Assembly (NCBI GenBank): GCA_012026655.1
Contig: JAAILG010000478.1
Span: forward strand, 1-64,000
From: Hydrolagus affinis
Lineage: Eukaryota
Reading direction: 5' to 3'
Length of the DNA: 64,000 nucleotides
The position numbers and the translations under genes are program-made. The notes under the pieces were generated by a model. The model did not search any database and was not told the origin of the DNA. It worked only from the letters and a program-made list of their open reading frames with translations. Positions 1-11,275 of this stretch are shown here, one piece after another. Within the stretch, counting starts at the first letter, position 1, and each line of letters starts with the position of its first letter.

Positions 1-1361
1 CATCCCTGTGCCTTTTGATAGACTTAAATTTAGAGTGGTTTAGAGAATTTTCATCAACTGCAAAGCTGATACTGCATAGTTTTTAAAATATGTTAAGACG
101 AGTTCCAGGAATAGGGGGCCCGAAGACTTGTAGCAGAAGTGTTTTGATAGGCACCTCTGAGGTAGTGGGCAGGAAAATCTCAGTGAAAGCTCTGTTACAG
201 TAGCATTAATCCACCATTTCACAGAATTCAGCATTCCTCCTTATCTTCATTGTTCAAAAAATATGCAGTCAAAGCAATAAGAGCAGGAAACAAACAATCC
301 AATTCAGACTATGATAGCATTGCTTTTCATTTCCAAACTTGCTGTTTAAGTTAACCTGATTACCTCTTGTTAAACTGAAGGTTAATTTTTTTTGAAAGGT
401 TTATAATTGCAAAAAGCTGGGGTCAACTTTCCCGTGATTTCTTAACCAATTTCCTAAACAGGAAATCCAGAAGTCTGTGACTTGAACTCAATCTATTTTT
501 GAGCACAATAAACATAGAATCTGAGTGCGATTCTTAGTGTACTCCCGGAGAAGGAGACCCCACTTAGATTTTATAATTAAGAAATATCACAAAATTGTCA
601 AAAGAAATATCACACCAACTTGCATTTGTATGGTGCTTTTCACATCTCTGAGTGCTCCTGCAGATGGGTTAATGGTGAGCAAAGTGGGTGTGGTCAAAGA
701 GGTAGAAAATAGTTAAAGATCGATATAAAGGAGGGAGGGGGTGGCCAAGGCAAAGGGATTGAGGCAGGGCGTTCCAGAAGCAACAGAAATGCTTTACATG
801 CATGAGGAACACAGGCAGTTGCTTCCCACAATTACGAATAATCCCTCCATTTCATCATGGATATCACAGGCAATCCCAGATGGGATTAATTGTTTGGTAG
901 ACTGCAATGCTATTAGCTGAACGATTAAAGTCAGCACACTTGTAAGCTCCTAAAGTCCTAAAGCAGCTTCCAGCTTGCTACATCATTCCTCTATTTCGGT
1001 GCTATGACTGGACTCAGTAAAAACAACAAAAAAGCAGGCAGTTTCAGGCTCAAATCGGGGGCACAAAAACAAGGGTGGGAGAAAAGCCAATAAAATGATG
1101 AAAGGCTGTCTGGAAAAGTCCTGGAAAATTGGCCTTCATGTCTCTAATAAAACTGACCCAACAGTCCAATTTATCAAAATGTTTTCTGCAAAAATTCTTG
1201 TCTTTCTGGTAAGAAGACAAACAGTACATCTTCCTTTTGAAGCAGATCTGAATCGCATCAAGTAGATGAAGACTGAACAGAAAGTTCAAGGAGGTTTCAT
1301 GAATCTTAAGAGTTAAAGCAACCTTTCTGAGAGCAGAGCGGTCTCTGAATGTAATGCTGAA

Positions 1362-1555
1362 GATAATAATGCTTGCATTTGGCACAATGCATTATCACGT
1401 CGTTGAGACATTTCAAAGTACTTCACAGTACTTCACTGTGCTAAAAAGCACAGTCACTGTTTATTTTGTTGGCGAACACAGCAACCAATTTCCATGCAGT
1501 GATGTCCCACAAACTGCAATAAATGACCACTGTTTGTCAATTGCTGGCCATGCCA
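1362..1555 (-). mobile_element. SINE 3' fragment with L2-type tail
   Basis: ataataatgcttgcattt...aaagtacttcacag...aaccaattt...cccacaaac motifs shared with the other SINE copies. Confidence 0.75.
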
Positions 1556-1759
1556 AGATGAAATTAATACATTAATACATGCAGATAATTCTCTTATAGA
1601 ATATAGACAATGGGGGAATGTGGGGCAGGGGGGTAATACAGAGTGAAGGAGAGTAGAAAATCCACCTGAGTCTAGACTAACTCTATTTTCTTAGTGTTCA
1701 AGAGGTTAGCAAATTCTTAAATAGTGTTAATTTTGAGGCCTTTTTTTTATAAAAGAAAC

Positions 1760-2025
1760 TCGGATTGGATTCCCAGGCAGTTAGGCAAGTTTCCGTAGTG
1801 CACACCCCTCTGTTTATCTAGCAGTAAGTAGGAGCCCGGTTGTTAGTCGATTGGCGGACCAGGGGTAAAATTGGTCATTCAATCTCGAATGCACATAGTT
1901 GGCTGACACATTTCACCCACAAATGTACTCAATCCTCTTTGCAATATATTCTGTGACATGCTTTGAGACATCTCAATAGCGACATGTTAAGATACTATAT
2001 CAAATGCAAGGCTTATTTTCATAAT
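1760..2025 (+). mobile_element. tRNA-head SINE, long subtype, degraded
   Basis: ggcaagtttcc...ctgtttatctagcagtaagtaggagcccggttgttagtcg...atatcaaatgcaagg tail. Confidence 0.8.
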
Positions 2026-2942
2026 AAGTACTGTAGGAAAACAGTAAGGTTAAGACTGAATTCAACGATTTGCCAAATTCTGGATACTCTGAAATGCTAC
2101 AACAAATATAGAGTCAATTTAGCCCCAGGTGGAATTCCTCCCATGGGTGCCAATCACTGGGGAAAATTAGTTGAGAGGGGGAAGTAGAATTGGCGACTGA
2201 TTCCAACAGTGGGCTCGATGGGCGTCTTTCCTTTCCCTTCAATGTATTGTTTGATGTGTGTAACACAGAGACATGGGGGTGCCGAGGAGCTAAAGACATC
2301 ATAAATACATTTACCTCAGAGTGAGAAGTGTGAAAGACGTTATACCAACAACAAAATTATATTTGTAAAGCGCCTTTCACGTTGGGTGGACGTCCCAAGG
2401 CGCAGACAAATGTAATGTTGTTGTCATTGGTAAATGTTGTTTTAACTCTAAAATTTGTGAAACCGCCTTGAACTTTCTGTTCAGTCTTCATCTACTTGAT
2501 GCCCAGAAATTATAAAACTAATGTAGATTATCTGCCAAGTGGGTTTTACGCACAGACTCCACAGGCCATCCCCAGGAGACTCCAGGAAGCAGTTGACTGG
2601 TAATTTCTGCCTGCGTGAATTCTGCAGTATTTGTTTTAAATATTTCATGCCCAGTTGGAGTCCTGTCCGATGGATGGTTTTAATGACTGCAGTCACCCAG
2701 AGAGCTGAATGTATGTTGGTGGCAGTGGAAATAAGGTCAGATTCTGACTGGCCTCATCTCCGTCACCAAGCAGCGCTGAACAAAAGCAGGAGAAAAATCG
2801 ATCGCCCTCCCGTGTTACCGAAGGTATAATTAAAAGGATGATCTGCAGTGCTGTGCATGTTCAATTTTTACATTTATAATAATCCTTGCATTTGGTATCG
2901 CGGTGTATCACATTGTTGAGGCATCGTAAGGCGCTAAACAGA

Positions 2943-3383
2943 ATATTCAAATCCAAGATCCTCGTCCTCACTTTCCAGGCCATCCACGGCCTTGCCCCAG
3001 TCTATCTCTCCGAGCTGCTGTCTCCCTATCAGCCTGCCCGTCCCCTCCGTTCAGCGGGCTCTGGCCTGCTCCATGTCCCCCGCCCGAACCGCCGTACCAT
3101 TGGTGGCTGGGCTTTCAGCCTCTCTGTTCCCACACTCTGGAACACCATCCCACAATCCCTTCACCTCGCTTCCTCTCTTTCCTCCTTCAAGGCCGGTCTC
3201 AAGACTTTCCTCTTCGACCGTGCCTTCTGCTACCCTTCTAACTCTCCCCCCTCTCCTACTCTCATTCCCCCTATCCCGATCCCCCCCCACCCCCCTGCTC
3301 GGGTCCTGACCTGACTGATCAGTGCCTTGGGATGTCCTCCTGACGTGAAAGACGCTCTATAAATGTAATTTTATTATTATTGT
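2943..3383 (+). mobile_element. L2-clade LINE 3' fragment
   Basis: ORF 2886-3314 reads KILVLTFQAIHGLAPVYLSELL..Y.PARPLRS...GGWAFS..P.LWN..P...SFKAGLKTFLF, the L2 ORF2 C-terminus. Followed by a gtgaaagacgctctataaatgtaa(tta)n tail. Confidence 0.92.
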
Positions 3384-3389
3384 GTATAC

Positions 3390-3713
3390 TATAATAATAA
3401 TAATCCTTGTATTTGATATAGCACTTTTCACATCTTATCGACTTCACAAAGCGCTTCACAGAATATACTGTAAACTGAATTGACTGTATATTTGTGGGCG
3501 AATCGCGGCAGCCAATTGCGCACAGCAGTATCCCACAAACAGTCGTGGATTGAAATGACCAATATTATTATTGTGGTTTTTTTGGAGGAATTATTATTAG
3601 GCGTGTGGAGTAAGGAAACTTGCCCAAGGTTTTGCCCTGACCTGCCTGGATTTGAACATAGGTCTCTCCAGCTTGCAAGACAAGTGCTCTAACCACTAAG
3701 CCACAGGAGCTCC
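3390..3713 (-). mobile_element. Full-length tRNA-head SINE, short subtype
   Basis: The reverse complement begins ggagctcctgtggcttagtggttagagcac (A-box-like), has a gttcaaatcc B-box, and ends tatcaaatacaaggattattattat. Confidence 0.9.
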
Positions 3714-5129
3714 AAAACGAATTGACTGTATATTTTGTGATGAAACACGTCAGCCATTTGTTCACAGGATTGTCCCATATACAGTCGTGGATTAAGTGAC
3801 TAAAACAACAGCTGGCTCACAGAAGGCTGAGTAAGAATAAGCTTCTCTCTTGAATGGAATTAATTTTTTAAATGTACTTGGGGGATATATATGTTGGAAG
3901 CTCCAAGTGATTTGAAACTTGTTCTAGAATATGAAGCAATATGTTTTCCTTTTTTAAAAAAAAACAAAATGACCCCAAATAAACTTCCAACCCATGCAAT
4001 GCTGCAGAATAAACTAATACCGTTCGTGCCTGGGCCTCTCTTCTTGTCCCATCACACAGCTAACTCAGCAGGAAGTACTGTAAAAATAAACATGAACGAG
4101 ATACAGTAATGTACAAGAAATTCAACTGAGTGACAATTCCTTTGGGAGGCAAGCACCAATACATCATGTCTGCTTGACCTCTTTTGAGCTTATTTCTCAA
4201 AGAAAATAAAGTTTTCTTTCTTTTTTAAAAAAAACAGCCCAATCAAGTCTCAAAACTGAGCTTAAAAAAATCACTGCAAACTTTGCTACTTAATTTAATG
4301 GCTTGACATCCTTGCTCCCCTCCTCCCACCCGCTGTACAAATACATTTGCTCCCCATTTGTCAACTCTTTTCTAAAGTTATCTACCATTACGAGACACAG
4401 ACAGATGGGCCGAGTCAGTGAAGCTGAAAGTCCCTTTAGATCTCACTGAAAAAAAATGCACTAGTGTAACAGAACGATTTAAACTCTTTTACAAATAACA
4501 TTCACAGGTCAAAATTTATCGAGACTTGGAGCTGGATGCACAGACTGACGGGGCCCTGCAGTGTGAGAATCTTTCTCTAGCTTTAGTAGTTCTTCACCTG
4601 GATAGCTGCAGTTTAGTAGATTTGGCTTATTTAGTAATATTGCTGCTAATTCCTTACAAGTGGGGCCAAGCCTAGCATGTGTGAGATTCATGCAGGGATT
4701 TTGAGACAGCACAAGGGCAGTGCAGATGTGCTTGTGGTGCTGCACAAACATCTGCAGAGAAAGCTTGAAAAAATACAGGATTATCCAAAGTGATGTGCAC
4801 AAATGAACTGCAGCACTGAGGTGGTTTCACTCAGCCCTTTAAAACATGGGCCAGATGTCAATTCAAAAAATTTTCAAACGTATTTTCGGAGTAGGCTTAT
4901 TCAAACGCTGCTGAAATGTTCCTACAGGGTCTGAAATGCCTCCTGCATAGAGAGAGGTCCATTAGTGCTCCCTCTCTTCTCCAGGCATTCAGGCAACACC
5001 AAATGTTTGCACGAGCCTTGACTCTAAAATCCATTCTTCACACATGAACCCAAACAGTGTGCAACATTTGTCGACTGGAAGCTTTGCCCCCTCTCCCTGT
5101 TCACATACGCACACTTTTCCAGCATGTTT

Positions 5130-5330
5130 CACTTGATCGAAGTGGAAACCCTAACTGATTGATTCCACTCCCCAGCCTAGGGAAGATCAAGCAATTTTAA
5201 ATCTGTTCTTACTCCCTGGCTGAGATCAGCCAACTAACGCAAACCAGGGATCAGACCTGACTGGGACCTCCCCAGTCTGTACGGCTCAGGGCAACAACAA
5301 ATGGTGCATTTATCCATTGAGCTGTGAGGG
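5130..5330 (-). mobile_element. Older SINE-like family; related fragments near 11590-11720, 11800-11925, 19480-19640, 33720-33830 and 48110-48280
   Basis: Recurring motif gctgagatcagc(c/t)aact(a/c)a..gca.a.accaggga(t)..aacctgg.acc in several places. Confidence 0.55.
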
Positions 5331-6045
5331 GAGAGAAGAGAGGGTGGTAATCACACGGTTTAAGGATGAAAGAGAAGACAGTAGGGAATTGTCTGGGATT
5401 TGGGCTTGAGTGGATTGCTTGATCAGCAGAACTGATTTAATAGTCTCACAATTTCAAAAGAACAAAAGCTAAATAAGTGTTAGACGAGAGAAGGAATAAG
5501 TGAGATGAAGAACGCTAAGATAAACACCCACTTCTAAGGAATGGATGAAAGCAGTAGCCGATGGTCAGAAAAGAAACAGAAACTTGCACCCCCATCTTAT
5601 CGCTGCGCAGCAAATTAAGTCACGAAACAATGATTTTTGTTGATCCATAAACATCGTGTTTAATGGGAAAGTTGACGATGGAGCAGTTCACTGTACTCAC
5701 GACACCGGTGGGAATATGTTGCAATCCACATTCCACACCACTTGTTCTGTGGTAATAGTTCCAAGGTGCAGCGCACAGCTGTCCAACTTATCTAGACAGA
5801 ATGTTTGATGGAGAGGGGGGGGGTGCTATGAGCGAGGCAGTAAGAGTGTCAGATTAGGGGAAGGACAGACAGCACTGGTGGCTGTGAAGCCCAATTGATG
5901 TAGACCAGATGGGGTTTAGATGAAGACTGATACAAAGCACGCATCAGGCAATTCAGCACAGGCAGTCTACCAATCCAGGGAATCAACAACAACAGCAATA
6001 ACAAAATTAAACTTGTATAGAGCCTTTCACGTCAGAAGGAATCAA

Positions 6046-6220
6046 GTGATAGGGGGAGAACAATTTCCTCTAGTTGGAGAATTAATAATACTTTTATACA
6101 GTCTCTTAATGCCTCGTTCAGATGTCTCAAATCAGAGTTGAGTTACAGATCAGCCATGATCTGACAGAATTGCAGAATAAGCTCAAGGGGTGAAAGGCCT
6201 ACTCCTGATCTTATGTTCCA
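6046..6220 (+). mobile_element. CR1-clade LINE 3' fragment
   Basis: cagatcagccatgatct...gctcaaggggtgaaaggcctactcctg..cttatgttc, a typical chondrichthyan CR1 tail. Confidence 0.8.
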
Positions 6221-7304
6221 ATGAAAGCACCTCAGAGGACTTACTGCTAAGTGTGGTGACTGTATCTTCGAACATGACTGAAGATCTTCCTCTTCGACCG
6301 TGTTCACAGTTACCTCCACCCTCCCCCGGCTCGGTGTCAGGCTCTGTCACGGTTCATTGTTCCGAGATGCTGCCCCGCGCTATACAAATGCAACTTGTTG
6401 CAGATGAACACAGCAGCTAATTTGCACTGAGTAATGTCCCTGAAACAGGAGCAAAACACTGAGCTGCAGTGTTGGCGCAATTATTAAAGGGTTGGTTTGT
6501 TTTATTCTTGAATGAGTGAGCTCTGAGTGGACTTTATGCCTTCTCCCAGCCATTCTCCATCTGAAGCAAGCGGACATAAACTTCTGACAATGACATTTTA
6601 GAACTGATCACAGGGAGGCGTCTCTCTTCCTCATTCTCCAATCCCCCCAACCCCCTCTCCCGTAGACCATGATCAGCGAAGGCACTATTCCAAATGCAAG
6701 GATGATTATTATTATTACTTCAGGCCGTAAGCACAGATTCCATTTCCCTCCACACTGTCCTCGCCTCCTCCCTCAAGGACACAGCTGGGGATGAGGACAT
6801 CACAGTGTGAGGGAAATCACAGGTGGGAGGGAAGCTGTGCCTTGCTGCTCTGAGTCTCAGTGTTTTCACAGTTATTAAGGAATCTGAAGCTCCTTTATTT
6901 TGACCAAAATAGAGAGGAAAACAAGCTTTGAACTAGCCACTGCTAATTGCCATTGGGTGTCCAGCTCCTCAGCAGCTTCGCTCTCGAGATGTTGTGCCCA
7001 CAGAAAGTAAACAGTGTCATGACTCACAAATGAGAAGATTTTGGAAACAAGAAAACGGCTGAGCATCAGCGCAAGCTGAACGCATAAAAGATTATCTTAA
7101 CAAACATAGTTGAGCACAACTGCCATCTAGTGCTAATAGAGAATATCACAACTAGAAGAGGCTTTAACTGTGCTCTCTCGTGTACACAGCACGTTACTGC
7201 AATATGCTCTCCAAGAAATATAAGTCTTTGTGTTACATACTAAACCACTTAATTAAAAAATGATATTCTATAATAATGGTTGTAGTCATTTATTTTCTTA
7301 AACA

Positions 7305-7615
7305 CTAGCTGCCTTGCCTCTGAGTCCGAAGGTTGTGGATTCAAGTCCCACTTGTAAACTTTGAACTTACATGCTAGGCTGACACTCCAGTGCAGTGCTG
7401 ATGCAGTACTACACCCTGCATTTTTGTATATGACAGATGAGACATAAAACCAAGTACCCAGCTGCCTGTTAAGACGGACGTTAAAGATCCCATGGTACCA
7501 TTCTAAAAGAGGAGGGAGTTTCTCCCGGTGTCCTGACCAACAATCTTCCTGATAAAATGAATCACTTCATGGCCATTTGTAGGTTACTGCTAAGCACAAA
7601 TTGACTGCTGTTGAA
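7305..7615 (+). mobile_element. DeuSINE-type SINE (AmnSINE1/SacSINE1-like)
   Basis: tRNA-like head gcctctgagtccgaaggttgtggattcaagtccc and Deu-domain-like gatgagacataaaacc...gttaaagatcccatgg...ggagtttctcccggtgtcctg. Confidence 0.8.
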
Positions 7616-8086
7616 CCTCATTCAAGCGGCTGTTTTTCATTCACGTGTGAATATGGTCACACATAAATAGTGACCAAACGTGAGATGCCATCTCCAAAAT
7701 GGACCCTAGTGGAAGGCAACTGTTTACAAACACAACCGTAGAAACTGAGCGAGAAAAAAGTTGTACTATATGTGGAAAACAAAAAAAAGGACCTAAGTAC
7801 ACAACAGATACAAGTGCACGATGAGTTTAAAATATTGAATAATATTGAATGCATTTTCAATCATGTAGCAGTTTGGAAACCACCCTCACCAAATGCATTA
7901 TTTTTACATCTCTGCAAACCATGCTGCTCTTTTTTAAAAATCCAGAGTCACTTTTCTCGTTTGTTAACTGATATAAATCAGTAACAAGGGGAGATCAGAT
8001 AAAAGTATTAAGGGGGTTAAGAGCAGAAGGGCCTTTTCTACAGGGATAGCCCATCCTGCAGGGGAAACCTGTAATGTCAAACTGAC

Positions 8087-8163
8087 CTGTGAGGCTGTCT
8101 GCAGCGAGGCGATTTCCGTTTGGTGTCGCTTTCGCATGGTCAGAGTGACATCAGTGGCGGTCC
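8087..8163 (-). CDS. KIAA0586: Candidate KIAA0586 exon (77 nt, phase 1 to 0)
   Basis: ctccttcag acceptor and CAG|gtcagt donor. The only open frame is the phase-compatible one, (R)TATDVTLTMRKRHQTEIASLQTASQ. No recognisable homology. Confidence 0.4.
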
Positions 8164-8272
8164 CTGAAGGAGCCCTAATTTACACCTTTTCTGGAGCAAG
8201 GTGCCATTCACGCAGGCGTTTTCCTAACAAGTATCCTTTCTAATTACATTGAGCAGCATAACCAGGAGGCGC

Positions 8273-8289
8273 GTGTGTGTGTGTGTGTG
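8273..8289 (+). repeat. (GT)n microsatellite
   Basis: gtgtgtgtgtgtgtgtg, lying 11 nt into the intron after the 8301 donor. Confidence 0.9.
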
Positions 8290-8300
8290 AGATCACTTAC

Positions 8301-8388
8301 TTGGTTGTAAACGGCTCGAGTTTGCGGGCTGAACCTCCAACAGATGTGTAATCACTGGCCTTTGTTCAGTCTGTGCAACCTCATCGCC
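8301..8388 (-). CDS. KIAA0586: Probable KIAA0586/TALPID3 exon (88 nt, phase 0 to 1)
   Basis: gacttgcttag acceptor and strong A|gtaagt donor, phase-compatible with the previous exon. Encodes GDEVAQTEQRPVITHLLEVQPANSSRLQP, weakly like human QDVKQVEHKPSQSYLRV. Confidence 0.75.
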
Positions 8389-8419
8389 CTAAGCAAGTCA
8401 AGAATATGAATTACATAAT

Positions 8420-8590
8420 CATAATAATAACAATCCTTTCATTTGGTACAGCGCCTTATCAGGTGGTTGAGATGACTCAAAGCGCTTCACAGAATATATT
8501 GTGAAGTGAATTGACTGTATATTTTGTGGGTGAAATGTGCAGTGGTAACCCACAAATAGTGATGGATTGCGAGACCAATTTTTTGTTGTT
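8420..8590 (-). mobile_element. SINE 3' fragment
   Basis: ataataataacaatcc...aaagcgcttcacagaatat...gaattgactgtatattttgtgggtgaaa. Confidence 0.8.
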
Positions 8591-8792
8591 GTAGAAGTGG
8601 AGGTGTAGCACCTGTGTATTTTGTAGGCAAGTTACTGGCTGAGTGTTTGGAATTCCTTGTGTACACTGGAAAACAGGACAACAGAAAAGCATCACCTGAA
8701 TAACAACAATCCACCCTGCTCACTTATCCAAGTCGAATAATGCCCTTTCAGGGGAGGGGAGGTAGGGGGTTATAGCCAGGGAAGGAAGGGGT

Positions 8793-9097
8793 GGAGCTGT
8801 CCTGTAGCTCAGTGGTTAGAGCACTTGTTTTACAAGTGAGAGACCTGGGTTCAATTCCAGGCAGGGCAAAACCTTGGGCAAGTTTCCTTACTCCGTACGC
8901 CTAATAATAATCCCTCATAAAAATAAATTGGTCATTTCAATCCATGACTGCTTTTGGGACACTAGGCATAATTGGCTGTTGCATTTCACCAACAAATATA
9001 CAGTAGATTCACTTTGCAGTATATTCCGTGAAACGCTTTGAGACATCTAGTAGATGTGAAAAGCATTGTATCAAATGCAAGGTTTATTATTTATTAT
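8793..9097 (+). mobile_element. Full-length tRNA-head SINE, short subtype
   Basis: A box tagctcagtggttagagcac, B box ggttcaattcc, and a tatcaaatgcaagg(ttat)n tail. Confidence 0.9.
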
Positions 9098-10324
9098 TCT
9101 TCTCACTGTTTCATCAAATCCGCTGCATTAAAGGTGAGAGGCACAATCTGCCGCATAATTAAAGGGAAGCTTACTGCAGACACTCGATTATCTCAATCAA
9201 TCCCTTCCCTGCACGACCCATCAGTTTAGCAAACTGGTCCTCTATTACCACAGCAGATTCAAGTGACTGGGATTACTGAGGTTTGTACAAATAGAATTGG
9301 AATTAATAATAAAAAAGGTTGGAAGAAAATTATGGATGCAACACAATTACACAAAGGATGAAACTAAACTTAGTGTAAAAGGTAATTCTCCTCTGCGTGC
9401 CTTAGCTATTTTCATTGATCTGTGGGTCAGTATCACCCAAGGTATACACTGAAGAACGGTTTGCATTTATTTCAATCGGTTATCAGTCTGTTCAAGGAGA
9501 TGAATTCACTACAGGTTTCTTTGGAATAGAATTAGCGTGATGTACAGCCAGCGGATTACACATGGGACACTGTGATGAGCTCTCTGTGGCATTTAGTCCA
9601 GAAGCTTTATTGAGATAATGTGAAGCTGACGATACTTGATTAATATGTGCAATAATTGCTCCTTCTCCCCATTAACCTTGCATGTGATGTTGCACAGTGT
9701 AGATTCAGCATAATATAACCTTGTGTTAAACAGGCAGGGTCCTGGATAGAGCGACGAGTTAGCAATTTGACCTCTGGGACCCAGGTGTGATCGAATGGGA
9801 AGCCAAAAGCTCTGCCGAATCTCTTTACAAGATGCGACAGAGGTTTTGGCTGAGATGAGTTGCAGGCTCAATTGAGTTCCATCATTCATCGGCTAACAAT
9901 TCTCTGGATTGAATTAAGCAACAACATCTTGCATTTATATTGCACCCTTCACACCAGATGGAGCATTTAAATCATTTGCTTTATGACTAGTGGAAATTCA
10001 CCTAAACATTCAGCTACTACACTTCAGAGTAGATACAAACAGAACTAGCTATTGTTCACCATTTTATCAGAGCATGGCTAATCATGGCCTCAACTCCAAA
10101 TTCTGGGAAGTCCTTCTGATGTGAAAAGAGTGACATCAAATGTAAGGATTATTATTGTGTTTTTCTCTTCTTTTCAGTTCCTGGCTTTATAGTTTGCTCC
10201 CGAATGTTGTTGCAGACTGTCTCCTTGCATTCCATCCCATTTGCCCTTTTCAGTTCAAGCTATTACATTCCAACTGCAATCAGCTGCACTTCAAATAACA
10301 GTTGAGATGGATTGGAAATGTTAC

Positions 10325-10455
10325 CTGTCCCCTAGCTGCCGTCTTCTGTGGAGCCACGATAACCTGTCTGCTGCGAGGTGCTGGGACTGTGTGTCCCTCT
10401 AATTCAGCAAGGCTCATGGGTCCATAGCTGGCTTCCGATAGTCTTTCACTTCTCC
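10325..10455 (-). CDS. KIAA0586: KIAA0586/TALPID3 exon (131 nt, phase 1 to 0)
   Basis: cttgaaccctag acceptor and CAG|gtaaca donor. Encodes (G)RSERLSEASYGPMSLAELEGHTVPAPRSRQVIVAPQKTAARGQ (human ASHGPMSLGELE). Confidence 0.92.
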
Positions 10456-10974
10456 CTAGGGTTCAAGAAATGTTGTTCTTAGATCATGTGTAAAAAGCAT
10501 AAGAATTGTGAATAAAGCTGGCCAGCTCACTTTTTCTTCACACAAAATGCATGGGGGGGGGGGTTCACTTCTGTTTAGTCAAATGGGTTAAACATGCAGT
10601 AAAATGAGAAGTTATCTCAGAAGGCATAAGTAACAAGATTATTCTTATTGTAAAATATGCCAATCATTGTTACACTGTGTGTGCTGGCAACAGCAAGAGG
10701 GGAATTAAAGGGTCAATAATAAATTAAATACCTGACAACTTGCATAAATATCATTTACATCAAAGAAGACTTTCCAAGAAAATTTTAATTGGATTTTTAC
10801 TATTTGGGTCATGGCTGTTTAATTAGAACTTCTCTGGTGGTGTTGAAATTCAACTATTAAACTTTCCACATTACATCTAGCGCCAGGTTACACGCAGTCA
10901 CTTTACATTCTTTCCTGTGAAACAATTTGAGACATCCTTCTGTCATGATAGGTGCTATACCAGAATTCCAACTC

Positions 10975-11275
10975 ATATAGAATATATTGTAAAGTGAATT
11001 GACTGTGTATTTTGTGGGTGAAACGCGGCAGCCAATTGCATACAGCAACATCCCACAAACCGTTGTGGATTGAGTGACCAAATATATTTTTTTTTTTGAG
11101 GAATTATTATCCCCGGAAAGCAATTTGCCATTCGACTAACAACCAGGTTCATACTTACTGCCAGGTAATCAGGCGTGAGGAGTAAAGAAACTTGCCTCAG
11201 GTTTTGCTCTGTCTGGAAATTAAACCCAGGTCCTCTCACAGGTGAGGTGAGTTCTTTAACCACTAAGTTACATGA
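10975..11275 (-). mobile_element. tRNA-head SINE, long subtype
   Basis: Same body as 3390-3713 plus an internal segment ttatccccggaaagcaatttgcc...aacaaccaggttc.tacttactg. Confidence 0.85.

Larger units (their letters stand above)
1255..2502. repeat. Inverted repeat, arms 1255-1326 and 2432-2502
   Basis: gcatcaagtagatgaagactgaacagaaagttcaagg... at 1255 is the reverse complement of ...ccttgaactttctgttcagtcttcatctacttgatgc ending at 2502. Confidence 0.9.

Noticed and set aside
4509-4597. Possible terminal exon ending ...SLDKF*, reminiscent of the TALPID3 ending ...ADTF
   Set aside because: The polypyrimidine tract is poor and there is no other similarity to the known C-terminus.
8793-8870. tRNA-like sequences with A and B boxes (also near 3640-3713, 34680-34744 and 41360-41420)
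   Set aside because: They continue into SINE bodies and tails, so they are SINE heads rather than tRNA genes.
10160-10180. Plus-strand acceptor-like tracts (also about 50470 and 63600) suggesting an antisense transcript
   Set aside because: They are isolated motifs with no consistent exon chain and are expected by chance.
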